Made by a program: the position numbers and the translations under genes. Positions 36,802 through 47,967 of a stretch of 64,000 nt of DNA are shown here, one piece after another (position 1 is the stretch's first letter; the number at the start of each line of letters is the position of its first letter). The notes beneath the pieces are model-generated. The model saw nothing but the letters and a program-made list of their open reading frames with translations, was not told the origin of the DNA and did not search any database. This DNA comes from Eledone cirrhosa (Eukaryota), in the NCBI GenBank assembly GCA_964016885.1, contig OZ024751.1, positions 3,844,001-3,908,000 of the forward strand, written 5' to 3'.

Positions 36802-39181
36802 ATCTACGCATCTCTCTTTCAACCAGGAGGTGGAGGGCGAGTGGCTCTTATGATTCGGAAAAATCTGGACCTCAAAATACAGCAAATACACTTGGACCCG
36901 GAGGGTAGACTGGTGGTCCTAAACGTGAACAGTATTAGAGGTGGAGCCTTCAGACTGGTGGCTGACTGGGACATCGCGGCCAGATTTCTTTAAGCATCTC
37001 GAGTATTTTCTGGAAACGTCTCGCTCCTTGCTTTTAGTGGTGGACTGGAATGGTATCCTAGACGCACGTTGGGACTATGTAAGAACATGTCCCAGTAGAG
37101 GGGGATTGCAACAGCCTCAAAAATTTAATCGGCCAATTCCAACTGGCCGATAGGTATCGACTAGATTTCCCGACTGCACCACAGTGGACGTGGACAAATC
37201 GTAGCGGGACATCTAGATCGTATTTAGATAGGTTCTAAATTAGAGAGAGAGACAGGAAAATGTTAAGCTGTCCACAAATGTACACGGCTGCCTATTCAGA
37301 CCACAAATTAGTCACCTGCATAGTCAACCATGATAGAATACATAGACAAGGACCCGGATACTGGAAGCTGAACATGTCGTTACCGACGCGTAAAGCCTAC
37401 AGGAGACGGATAAGTAGTTTAGTTAAGCAACAGTTGACGGCAGCCATCGTCAACAATAGGTGGTGGTACTCTCTCAAGAGAGCAATTAGAGTAGAGTCCA
37501 TAGCTTTTAGCAAAGAACTAGCCTTAGAGAAAGACAAAACAGAAAGAGAACTAGTAGCCAAGAAGGAGGAGGCGCTTAGGAGTGGCAACGCAGCTAGAGT
37601 GCTAGCAACGAGAACGGCACTGGACCAGTTCTTCGATGCGAAACACGAAGGCTGTGTTGTCATGAGTAGATCACGTCCTCTAGGAAACGAGGAAGCAAAA
37701 GCTGTTATCTGGGCCCGAGTGGCAGAGGCGAAAAGTGGCAACAAGTCCACGATTCGATCTTTGAAAGACCAAAACGGACGCGTGCTACTTGATTCCAGGC
37801 AGATATGCACGGCCTTTCAGCAGCACTCTGTGCAACTGTTCGAGCCGAGTGGTGCGCCGAACGAGAGAATGGACTTCGGTTCATACCTCGACTGCCTGCC
37901 ACGTCTCTCGAGCATGGACGCCGAGTCACAGCCACTGAGATACGGGACACTCTGAGCCGCTGCGGGAAACACAAATCACCCGGTCTAGATGGTCTACCCT
38001 ATGAATTTTACATAGGCATGCCGGACTTGTTCTCTGGCGTCCTCGAAGCCGTCTACTGCAGCTGGCAGCAGAACAGGAGAATTCTCAGTTCTGTAGGCAG
38101 AGGCGTAGTAACGCTGATCAGGAAAGACGAGAACAAGGTGGGTGAAATAAGCAACTTCAAGCCCATAACTCTCCTAAACACAGAGTTAAAGATTTTGGCC
38201 AAGGGGTTAGTAACGAGGCTGGCGCTTGTCGTTGAGAACCTGGTGGGAAAAGCTCAAATGTGTGCAATTCCAACCAGGTCCATATACGATAACCTCAACC
38301 TCATGCGATACATCATAGAGAGGATGGGGTGTAAACTCGGCGTCGGTTGGGCCCTGATCAATCTAATTTAGATCAGTCTAAGACGTTCGATAAGGTCGCC
38401 AATCGATACTTGGAAGCGGTTCTCAAGGCGGCTGGTTTCGGACCCGTCTTCAGAGGCTGGATCACAGCCATGCACACCAATATCTGCTCGACAGTCAATG
38501 TGAACGGCTACCTATCGGAGCCGTTCCCAATCACGCGTTCCATCCGACGGAGATGCCCGCTCTCCTCCATTCTGTACGTGTTGACTCTAGCTCCGTTTCT
38601 TCCAAAGCTCCAACTTCCGCAGTAGTGACTGCGGAAGTTGGAGCCTTTGCAGGGCATCCCGCTGGAATCGGGACTGTAGAAAGCGGCGTCGGCTTATGCC
38701 GACGACGTGACAGTAACTGTGTCGAAAACCTCGGCAACTTACTGCAGGAATACGAAAGTCTCACAGGAGCAAAACTCAACCCAGACAAATCCGTCGGTTT
38801 GCAACTCGGAACGTGGAGAGGCAAACCGAATCCGTCCGACAGTGTCGTCGGACGCTGGACGGAAGGACCGGTGAAATTGCTCGGGGTCTGGTTCGATCCG
38901 GACCTCCAGGTGGAGAAGAACTGGAACGAGGTGACGGCCAAGGTGTTTGCGCTCACCCAGAAGTGGGCCGAGTGCAAACTATCCTTGAAAGGTCGAGCGG
39001 AGGTGGCGAACACTTTTATAGCGTCCATCATCTACTACCGCTTGACCGTCGTGCTTTGTCCAGCCAAAACGCTCACCAAAATGGAGCGCGCGCTCTTCCA
39101 ATTCCTTTGGAAGAAACGGACTCCTTTGGTGAGAAGATCCATCTGCTGCCAAAACCCTTCAAACGGAGGGCTGGGGATGCC
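36802..39181 (+). mobile_element. Tx1-like LINE copy F (internal ORF2 fragment)
   Basis: Begins at the ORF2-internal ATCTACGCATCTCTC, runs through the RT and stops at GGLGMP, where a SINE fragment starts. Confidence 0.9.
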
Positions 39182-39345
39182 TCGTGGCCCATTATGTTCT
39201 GAATTCAAATCCCGCCTATGTTAGCTATGCCTTTCATCTTTACGGGGTCGATAAAATATAGTACCAGTAACGTACTGGTGCGATTGAATCGATTTACACC
39301 TCCCCCAAAAATTGTTGGCTTTGTGCCTAAATTAGAAACCATTAA
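39182..39345 (+). mobile_element. SINE family 1, 5'-truncated
   Basis: B-box, GCCTTTCATC..GGGGTCGATAAAA core and tail. Confidence 0.8.
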
Positions 39346-39365
39346 TTTTTCTCACATTGCTATAA

Positions 39366-39586
39366 CCCTTTAGCATTTAAACCAGCCGTATCCAGCCAGA
39401 ATTCTCTCACTTCTTTCTGTTCAAACCGGCCATAACTGGCCGCTCATACTGATGTTATGGTATTGTTCTCAAAATAAATAATATAAAAATCTCATAGATT
39501 CAATATTATGTGAGATAATTATGTGAAATAAAGTGTTTACCGTGAAAATACAGTAGTAAATATAAAGTAATGTAAATTCTAAAGGG
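39366..39586. mobile_element. piggyBac-type MITE
   Basis: TIR CCCTTTAGCATTTA...TAAATTCTAAAGGG; second copy at 63572-63767 with TTAA flanks. Confidence 0.65.
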
Positions 39587-40664
39587 AAAAAACATAAACA
39601 TAACTCAACGATTACAAACAAGCCCGATAATTCATTTATTTTATCTCTGTATCTCATCTCCGACTTCTGACTTTTAAATATCCAAATATCTCTCAACTTA
39701 ACTTTTGACTGTCAAATAATCCTGGCGTCGATCAACTAATTATCTGTGTCATACGTCTAATTACTAATAATACGTGGGGTGTGCTCAATCACCTCCACTC
39801 TTTATTTCTCTTTACAAACGAACCAACAGAAAGACCGCCCTGTTGTTCCTGACAGAAAAAAATGTCAGTATTTAAACAGCTGCCACATCTGTAAGAGTAG
39901 CCATGAGAATCTGGAAATTAATTAAGAATAATTAAGAAAATTAATTTAAAAATTTCTTATTTATTTGATTACACAACAAAGTAAAATAAATGTTTTAGAA
40001 TTGGGGTCGTTGTTTTTAGTTGAGATGATTACAACTTGCAGGAGTCAACAATGTTTGAACACATGATTCTCTCTCTCTCTCCCTCTCTCTTGCTGTATGA
40101 TTCTCTTTCTCTCTCGCTCTCCTCACCCCCTCTCCATCTCTCACTCACTCCCACTCCCTCCCTCACTCCTACTCTTTCCCTCACTCCCACTCTCTCTCTC
40201 TCACTTCCTCTCTCTCTCACTATATATTTCTCTCTCTCCCTCCCTCCCTCTCTCCCTCTTTATTTCTCACTATCTTTCTCTCCCTATCTCTCTCTATCCA
40301 CCTTCTCTCTCCCCTCTCATCTCTCTCTTTCCTTATAACCCAATGTCAGTCTGAAATGTTTCCAACTATTATATAAAACTCATTATTTTGTTACCTTCTT
40401 TACAGAATCAATAAAACAAAGTACCTGTAATGCACTGGGTTGAAATAATCGACTTTCCCCTTCGCTTGAAATTACTGCCCTTGTGCCAAAATTAAAAACA
40501 ATTATTTTGTAAGCTCCGAGGGCGGTGAACTGGCCGAGCCATAAGAATGTCGGACTACAATGTTATCTACCCTTTGTTCCGACCCTTTACGATCCGAGTT
40601 CAAATCCCACCGAGGTCAACTTTGTCTTTCATGAATTTGTTTTCATTCATTTGTGGACAAGGAT

Positions 40665-41040
40665 GTATTCTTCTTCTTCTTCGTCTTCTTCGGTCTTCAG
40701 CAGGTCCTGTCAGATGTAACCGTCTCGAACTGATCCGGATAGATCCCCAAGCGTGACCATCCAAGCACATGGATGTTATCCAACCACCTTGCTCGGGGTT
40801 CTACCCCTGGGTCTCCTGCCTGTTGGTTTCGCCAGTAAAATCTGTCCAGCGATTCTTTCCTGAGATATTCTAACCAAATGCCTATAGTATCGGAGCTGTG
40901 ATCTCTCAATTTGGAGAAGTAGCGGCCCTACCTGGAGTGACTCTCTGACTCCAAGCTACGCACTTTATCGAGTAACGTTACTCCAAAGGCCCTTCGGAAG
41001 AATCCCATTTCGACCGCTTGTATTCGCAGACATTCCGACT
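40665..41040 (-). mobile_element. RTE-clade LINE 3' fragment with (GAA)n tail
   Basis: Minus strand encodes RIQAVEMGFFRRAFGVTLLDKVRS ... PRARWLDNIHVLGWSRLGI; (TTC)n on +. Confidence 0.75.
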
Positions 41041-41069
41041 TTAATCAGTCAATAAACAGATAGATGAAA

Positions 41070-41253
41070 TAATTGTTTCTACTTTTGGCACAAGGCCAAC
41101 AATTACCCAGTGCATTTGTGGTGCTTTATTTTATCGACCCCGTAAGGATGAAAGGCAAAGTTAACCTCGGTGGGATTTGAACTCAGAATGGCAAGGACCG
41201 TAACTCTATGCGTCAAAGCATGGCGTCCGACCCTCTACCGATACTGCCAATCC
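41070..41253 (-). mobile_element. SINE family 1
   Basis: Reverse complement of the 12427-12625 family. Confidence 0.88.
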
Positions 41254-41317
41254 AATAATGAGTAATTACATGAATGAATGACTACAAAATAATTAGAAAA
41301 ACACTACAAATATTTAA

Positions 41318-42455
41318 GGAGGGGAAAGGCAAGGGCTCTAGGGTCACAGAAGAGGGGAAAGAGGGAGGGTGATTGGTGATGGGCCTAGGGCGCAGTGGTG
41401 TAGGAGCTGCGCCCCGTAGACAAGACCGCAAAAGCATTTCTGCAGACACCCACTGCAACAGCCACCCCACCTTCTTCCGATGGGCTGTTCAACAGTAATT
41501 GGTTCGTATTGAGACACCACAACTACACTGTACCTTTTCTTTGTTGGTAGAAGTTAACACCTGACCCCTCGGATACCTTTTGCGGGCTTAATTCCTTTGC
41601 ACAATTTTAGGCCAGATTCTTTAATTAGGGCACCTGGAAACGGTGTCGCTCTTTCTCATATCTCTAAGGCAGTTGTTCGCAAACGGCGCAATTTCTACAT
41701 AATTTCCACCAAATTCTACCTAAATTCGAAAATTTATTGAAAAGAGGTATTTATACATATTAGAGTAGCATGAAGTAAAAATATGAATGCATGGTGCCGT
41801 AACTCGTAGGGGTGCCTTATTGAGTACTTTATTTTTAAATCTAGTGGAGCCCATCCCCACTCCAGTTCTCTATACAGCAGATTTCTTCCATAGAAGGATA
41901 GAGAGTGAGAGAATAGAAGTGAGAAAAAGATATAGAGAAAGAATCGACCTCGAAATGATGAAAGGCAAAGTTGACTTCGACAGGATTTGAACTCAGATAG
42001 CAGGGAGCCGGACGAATACCTCAAAGCATTCTATCCGAAGTTCTAACGACAATTCGCCACCTTCATTCGCCACCAATCATTTGTACTTCCTTCTTTAGTC
42101 AATAAATGGAAGACAGTTATCAATGAGAAACACGTGATCAGTGTTGTTATTTTTATGCAACGTTTTCATTCTTAGTTTAATTGTTTCTCACATTGAACTA
42201 TATTTCAAATTGAAATTTCGTCGTCGAGAAGGCGTACTGCTGAGCTCCCCCGCAAGATCGGAACATCAGCAGCTTCGCGGGGTGGGATAGCTGTTGCAGC
42301 GGGTGCCGCTGGCCATTGTCCACGGGAATGCTTTTGCGGTCTTGTCCGGGGGTGCAATGCAAAATACCGCCGCGTCCTAGGCCTAGATCCCATCACCCTA
42401 CCCCTTCCCCTCCCCATTCTTTTGTGGCACTAGAGCCCTTGCCTTTCCCTTCCTT
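41318..42455. repeat. Two diverged inverted copies of a GC-rich ~150-170 bp repeat (41318-41470 and 42280-42455)
   Basis: GAAAGGCAAGGGCTCTAG / CTAGAGCCCTTGCCTTTC and GACAAGACCGCAAAAGCATT / AATGCTTTTGCGGTCTTGTC. Confidence 0.7.
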
Positions 42456-42589
42456 TTCCGTTTTTATAACCACAAAAGACACTTGCATTATTTACAATAA
42501 ATCTCATATTTCAATTTGTATTTTTTATATTGGGAAATAGAAAGTTGTTCTTTCGCGGCGCACATTTTGTTAACCATTGCACTAAGCCA

Positions 42590-43763
42590 TAAACAGCTGA
42601 CAGGTAGTTAGATAATACGAGTAAAGTAAGACTCGACATTATAATCAAAGACAACGTAAAACTGAAGAGTATTTATAGAAGTTTAAACCGAGACGACGGT
42701 TTGGCAGTTTCTCATACCACCAACGGCCATAACCTTGATAAATTCCGTAAAGACTTAATCAATACCTTTGCTACCCTAAACCTAAAAATGACCATAGATA
42801 CGAATCTTACTAATACTAAGTTCCTTGATATCAATATTGACATACTTACCGCCTCTTTTAAAACCTTATCATAAACCTAATGAAAATTTAAGAAATATAC
42901 ACAAAGAGTCTTGTCATTACTATAGTCTTTAAAAATCTTATTCCTAACATTAGCCGTAGGATTTCTATCTTATCTTCGTCTATAGACATTTTTAACAAAG
43001 CTTCCCCTTATTATAATAAGGCCCTTAATAACAGCGGCTTCACCGAACAAATTAAATGTTTACCTACTCCTCTATCTAACACTAAACACAATAACAGAAA
43101 AAGAAAAATTATTTGGTTTACATCCCCCTTACGTAGGAAGAAAATTCCTCGACCTTCTAAGACGAACATTTTCCCCCTAATCATAGATATAATAAGATAT
43201 TCAATAGAAATGTAGTTAAAATCAGCTACTCTTGCTGCCCATCAATGTAAACTAAAATTACCAACTCTAATGGTACTAGAGTAAATCCAGGATTTATTTG
43301 CAGGAAGCTGGAAGAATGCCCATTACAGGGTAAATGTAATACCAAATCTATTGTGTATGAGGCCAAATTGACACCGATGATTAATAACCAGCCAGCCAGG
43401 AGTGAACGATATGTTGGCATGATTCAGGACAGATTTAAAACCAGGTACTATGCACATGTCACTTCTTTTAAACACCCTGAAAAAAGAACAGCAACAGCAC
43501 TGGCAAATAAAGTGCGGGAGTTTAAAGACAAAAACATTCCGTACACTATTGATTGGTCTATTTTAGACCATTCAAGAGAATACCAAAGGGGCACAAAGAA
43601 ATGTTCTTTGTGTACCACGGAAAAATTCAGAATTCTCCAAAACTTGAAAAGCCCTCCCACTTGTCTCAACTCTAAGACCGAGATCTGTAGATGTTGTCCG
43701 CACCTGAAATCGCATCAACTTTTTAACTGGATTAACATACCAACGATTACTCAACCACCTTGA
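42590..43763 (+). mobile_element. Decayed PLE (Naiad-like): RT C-terminus, linker and GIY-YIG endonuclease
   Basis: RDDGLAV near 42689, YHKP and RKRKIIW remnants, CRKLEECPLQGKC linker, VYEA..RYVG..FKTRYYAH..KKCSLCTTEK..CLNSKTE (ORF 43353-43763). Confidence 0.82.
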
Positions 43764-44731
43764 GCTTCTTCTTTACATATCACGCCTTCCACTCACTACC
43801 AATATCATTACCTTATGAACATACATTCTACCAGTATATACTTTTTCTCCCTCATCTTTTTCTATATATATATATATTTTTTTTTCATTTGACTTATAAA
43901 TCGCCGCCCTCCTATTTTATACCATACCTTTAACACATACACACCCACCATCTTCATCCTTTACCCAGATCACTTTTTAACTATATACCCATATCCAGAT
44001 CTCATTACAAACACTCACTCTCTACCACAACTTTTACACCACTTTTCTCCCTTACCTGTTCTTAAAAATATTTGTATTATTTGATCTCAGTTATAGTCCC
44101 CCTTGTCCTTACTTACCCACTAAGTTTTTTTAGTTTACTCACATAAGGTTGTATGTGGGCGCATATGCAGACAGGCTTATGTGTACATACACATATACGT
44201 GTATTTATTATATTATATATATGTGTGTGTGTGTGTGTATCTGTGTATATTTTTGTATGTGTGTATATATATATATATATATATGTGTGTGTTTGTGTGT
44301 ATATATATATAAGCAAAGGTATATTTAATTTGTCGGTTATTCAACAAAAATATTTATTTCGATAACTGATTCGAAGCACTCGACAAGTCTTCAGGACTAT
44401 AATATCATTTTTTCATTTTTTCATTTTTGGTACCCTCCTTTTTATACTCCCACCTGCGAGCGTGTGTGTATTTATAGTTTGTCTGCCTATATGTTTATGC
44501 ACACACACACGCACGTGTGTGTATGCATGCATGTGTTTGTGTGTGTGTATATGTATAAGTGTATGTGTGTGTATAAATATATATGTACATGTGTGTGTGT
44601 ATATATATATATATATATACATATATGAATGAAGTTAATATGTCCAAGGATACAAAGTACCCCTAGAAATGCATAGGTTGTCTATGATTCAAGGTTGTTC
44701 AATGGTATTAATTTGATATACCAGAACTTTA

Positions 44732-45100
44732 ATATTAAGATAAGCAGAACAAGTAAAATTCAACCAATTTTTTTAAATAAATTAAAAAATATAATATAAA
44801 TATTTACCTCTTCTAATGGCCCTTACTGATCAGTTTCGCTTTGTAAAACCCCAGAAATCCGATGGATATCTGATGGAAAACCAAAGCTCATCAGAGAAGC
44901 ATTTTCCTTTCCTAGGGCTAAACGACCCAGGAACGATAAAATATATGACCTCCTGCCAGCTAATACAGGTCTGAAAGGTCGTAAAAGTGACCCGTATGTA
45001 AACCAGTAAGGGCCATTAGAAGAGGTAAATATTTATATTATATTTTTTAATTTATTTTAAAAAATTGGTTGAATTTTACTTGTTCTGCTTATCTTAATAT
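44732..45100. repeat. Inverted repeat, ~97-bp arms (44732-44828 and 45004-45100)
   Basis: Near-perfect reverse complement read directly. Confidence 0.92.
44815..44903 (-). ncRNA. Type I hammerhead ribozyme with extended stem II
   Basis: aatgcttct-CUGAUGA-gctttg...caaagc-GAAAC-ugauca-GUA-agggccatt; complete core, stems I-III pair (one mismatch, G-U pairs in stem I). Confidence 0.78.
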
Positions 45101-45394
45101 ATATACATATATATATATATATTATATATGTGTGTGTGTGTGTATTTGTGTTTTTGTATATATGTGTATATATATGTATATATGTTTTTGTATATATGTG
45201 TATATATGTGTGTTTGCATTTACGTATATGTTTATATGTATGCGTGTGTTGATTTTTTATTGCGTGGGTGTGTGTGCGCGCGCGTGTGTACGTATGTACG
45301 TGGGTTATGTACCTATGAGATTCATCTATCTAATTTATTATATGTTTTTTGTATGTGTACGTATGTGGATGTATGTATGTGTATGTATATGTGT

Positions 45395-45465
<71 letters not shown>

Positions 45466-45545
45466 AAATGTATACGGGAACAAAACAGAGAGGCAGACAA
45501 ATAAAGGTTTATTAGGTTCACGCTTTTGAGAGTGAGGTGGGGAAC

Positions 45546-45573
45546 GACGTTTCGGGCATAAGCTCTTCTTCAG
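45546..45573 (-). ncRNA. Minimal PLE-type hammerhead-like motif
   Basis: CUGAAGA-AGAGCUUAUGCCC-GAAACGUC; stem II has a mismatch and stem I is weak. Confidence 0.45.
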
Positions 45574-45851
45574 GAGTAAATAGGTTAGGAAGAGAGTTCA
45601 GAGGGTGTGTGGAAATGCATTTAGAAAAAAGGGGGAAGGAGAACAAATAAAAATAAAAATAAACATAAGAATAAACAATAAGATGGACAAGTGGTTGAAG
45701 GGTGTGAGGCGTGTAAGAGTGGTGGCGGGTGGATTTGGGAGAGGGAGGAGAGGGGGTCGAAGCGAGGAAGGCTGAAGGTGGTGTTTGTGTATGTGTGTAG
45801 GTGTACGTGAGTGCGTGTGCGTGTGTATGTGAGAGTTTGAGGAAGAATCGT

Positions 45852-46152
45852 ATATCCCCCTCCCAACACACACACACCTTTCGTTGTCAACACGTCCCTT
45901 TTTTACTTTATTTTAATTTTTTTATATTTTTTTTTTTTGAATTTTTTTATCTTATTTATTTATTTAGTTATTCCTGCTTCTGAACTACTTCCCAATGGTT
46001 ATGTATATATACATAACCATTGGGAAGTATTTAAAAAATATATATATATAATAAAAATAATATATAAGAAAAATATATGTATAAGAAAATTAAAATAAAG
46101 TAAAAAAGGGACGTGTTGACAACGAAAGGTTAATGTGTGGGGGGAGGGGGAT
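45852..46152. repeat. Imperfect ~300-bp palindrome with a perfect 44-bp centre (45986-46029)
   Basis: CCTTTCGTTGTCAACACGTCCC / GGGACGTGTTGACAACGAAAGG outer arms; centre TACTTCCCAATGGTTATGTATA|TATACATAACCATTGGGAAGTA. Confidence 0.88.
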
Positions 46153-46226
46153 AAATACAAACAACTTAAAAATAAGCAAATACACACGATATGCATATAT
46201 ATATCACCTTGACCGACCAGTCTGTC

Positions 46227-46313
<87 letters not shown>

Positions 46314-46440
46314 GTTATATTTAATTTGTTGGGATACAACAAGCTAAATATTTTTATAACTGATATAAAGCACTCAACAAATTATTGGAGTAAATATACA
46401 ATATTTTAACAAATGGAAACTATATTTATAAAACCATATT

Positions 46441-46506
46441 TATTTCATTATACATACTTCAAGGGCCACCAGAGCAAACTATGGTGCGCTTTCATCAGAT
46501 AAAATA
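46441..46506 (-). ncRNA. Hammerhead ribozyme copy with core mutation (GAAG instead of GAAA)
   Basis: Same sequence as 46666-46731 on the opposite strand, A15.1 changed to G. Confidence 0.55.
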
Positions 46507-46665
46507 CAATATAGGTTAGTTTTATAAATAAATATTGACATACCCTTAAAAAATGCAACCATTCTGGAGATTCCAACCAGGAGATTCCAACCAGGAGATT
46601 CCAACCAGAGTGGTTGCATTTTTTAAGGGTATGTCAATATTTATTTATAAAACTAACCTATATTA

Positions 46666-46731
46666 TATTTTATCTGATGAAAGCGCACCATAGTTTGCTC
46701 TAGTGTCCCTTGAAATATGTATAATGAAATA
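46666..46731 (+). ncRNA. Type I hammerhead ribozyme
   Basis: uauuuuau-CUGAUGA-aag...cuu-GAAA-uaugu-AUA-augaaaua; 8-bp stem I, short near-palindromic stem III; predicted cut after 46723. Confidence 0.75.
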
Positions 46732-46769
46732 AATATGGTTTTATAAATATAATTTCCATTTGTTAATAT

Positions 46770-46800
<31 letters not shown>

Positions 46801-46932
46801 GTAGAAGTTATATTTAATTTGTTGGGATACAACAAGCAAATATTTTTATAACTGATATAAAGCACTCAACAAATTTTTGGAGTAAAAATACAATATATTA
46901 ACAAATGGGAACTATATTTATAAAACCATATT

Positions 46933-46997
46933 TATTTCATTATACATATTTCAAGGACGCCAAAGCAAATTATGGTGCGCTTTCATCAGATAAAATA
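46933..46997 (-). ncRNA. Type I hammerhead ribozyme
   Basis: Intact CUGAUGA/GAAA/AUA core on the minus strand, left arm of the second palindrome. Confidence 0.75.
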
Positions 46998-47115
46998 TAA
47001 TATAGATCAGTTTTATAAACAAATATTGACATACCCTTAAAGAAGAGCTTCCAACCGACATGGTTGCATTATTTAAGGGTATGTCAATATTTGTTTATAA
47101 AACTGATCTATATTA

Positions 47116-47180
47116 TATTTTATCTGATGAAAGCGCACCATAATTTTCTTTGGTGTCCTTGAAATATGTATAATGAAATA
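47116..47180 (+). ncRNA. Type I hammerhead ribozyme
   Basis: Intact core, right arm of the second palindrome; predicted cut after 47172. Confidence 0.75.
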
Positions 47181-47214
47181 AATATGGTTTTATAAATATA
47201 GTTTCCATTTGTTA

Positions 47215-47263
<49 letters not shown>

Positions 47264-47298
47264 ATACTTGGGGAGGGTCATATTTGTGTAATAATATT

Positions 47299-47480
47299 TG
47301 TTTCTACGTTAGACACAAGGCCAGCAATTACCCAGTGTATTACTGGTACTTTATTTTATCGACCTCGTAAGGATGAAAGGCAAAGTTAACCTCGGCGGGA
47401 TTTGAACTCAGAATGGCAAGGGCCGTAACTCTATGCGTCAAAGCATGGCGGTGGATTGGCAATACTGCCAATCCACCGCC
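47299..47480 (-). mobile_element. SINE family 1 inserted in the pLTR with a 17-bp TSD
   Basis: ATTTGTGTAATAATATT at 47282-47298 and 47481-47497; the other pLTR shows the empty site. Confidence 0.92.
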
Positions 47481-47967
47481 ATTTGTGTAATAATATTGCC
47501 AGAATTAATAACAGAAAACACTCAATGTTTGGTTGGTTTTCGCTTCTGTGTCTTTTATATCAGTTAATTTAATTTATTCGGTCCTCAATGTTACCATTGA
47601 CTGACCAACGGTCAAAAATACAGATATAATATAGACACAAACACATATATATAATCTAACAAACTTCTTTCGTTGCACATCTGCAACATCGTCAGTGGTT
47701 CTATTATGTTTCCTCCTGTTGTATTGTATGCCTACGCCATCTTTATTTAGTCTGTTTATTTATTTATTTTTGCCTTCTTCTCTGCGCATGCGTTTGCGTG
47801 TGTGTATGTGTTTGGGTGATTGTGTATTGGTTATTGTATTCTATCTTAGTTTACTAGTGTGTGTTTATATGTGTTTGTTGTTATTGTGCTTGTGTATGTA
47901 TTTATTTCTTTTTTTTATTTATACTTCTCTTAGGTCAGTATTGTTTGTTTGGGTGTTGTTGTTCCAT

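Larger units (their letters stand above)
46308..47258. mobile_element. Tandem dimer of a palindromic hammerhead-bearing element (PLE-derived/retrozyme-like)
   Basis: Two ~460-490 bp units (46308-46800, 46801-47258), each a hairpin with ~150-175 bp arms, separated by (TA)n. Confidence 0.85.

Noticed and set aside
17337-39031. Recurrent antisense and alternative-frame ORFs in each Tx1 copy (e.g. the 117-aa MDFWPLF/MDLLPL ORF)
   Set aside because: Explained as shadows of the conserved ORF2; no independent evidence of coding.
14490-39181. Idea that copies A and F are two halves of one element split by insertions B-E
   Set aside because: Order is wrong (3' part upstream) and they overlap in ORF2 coverage.
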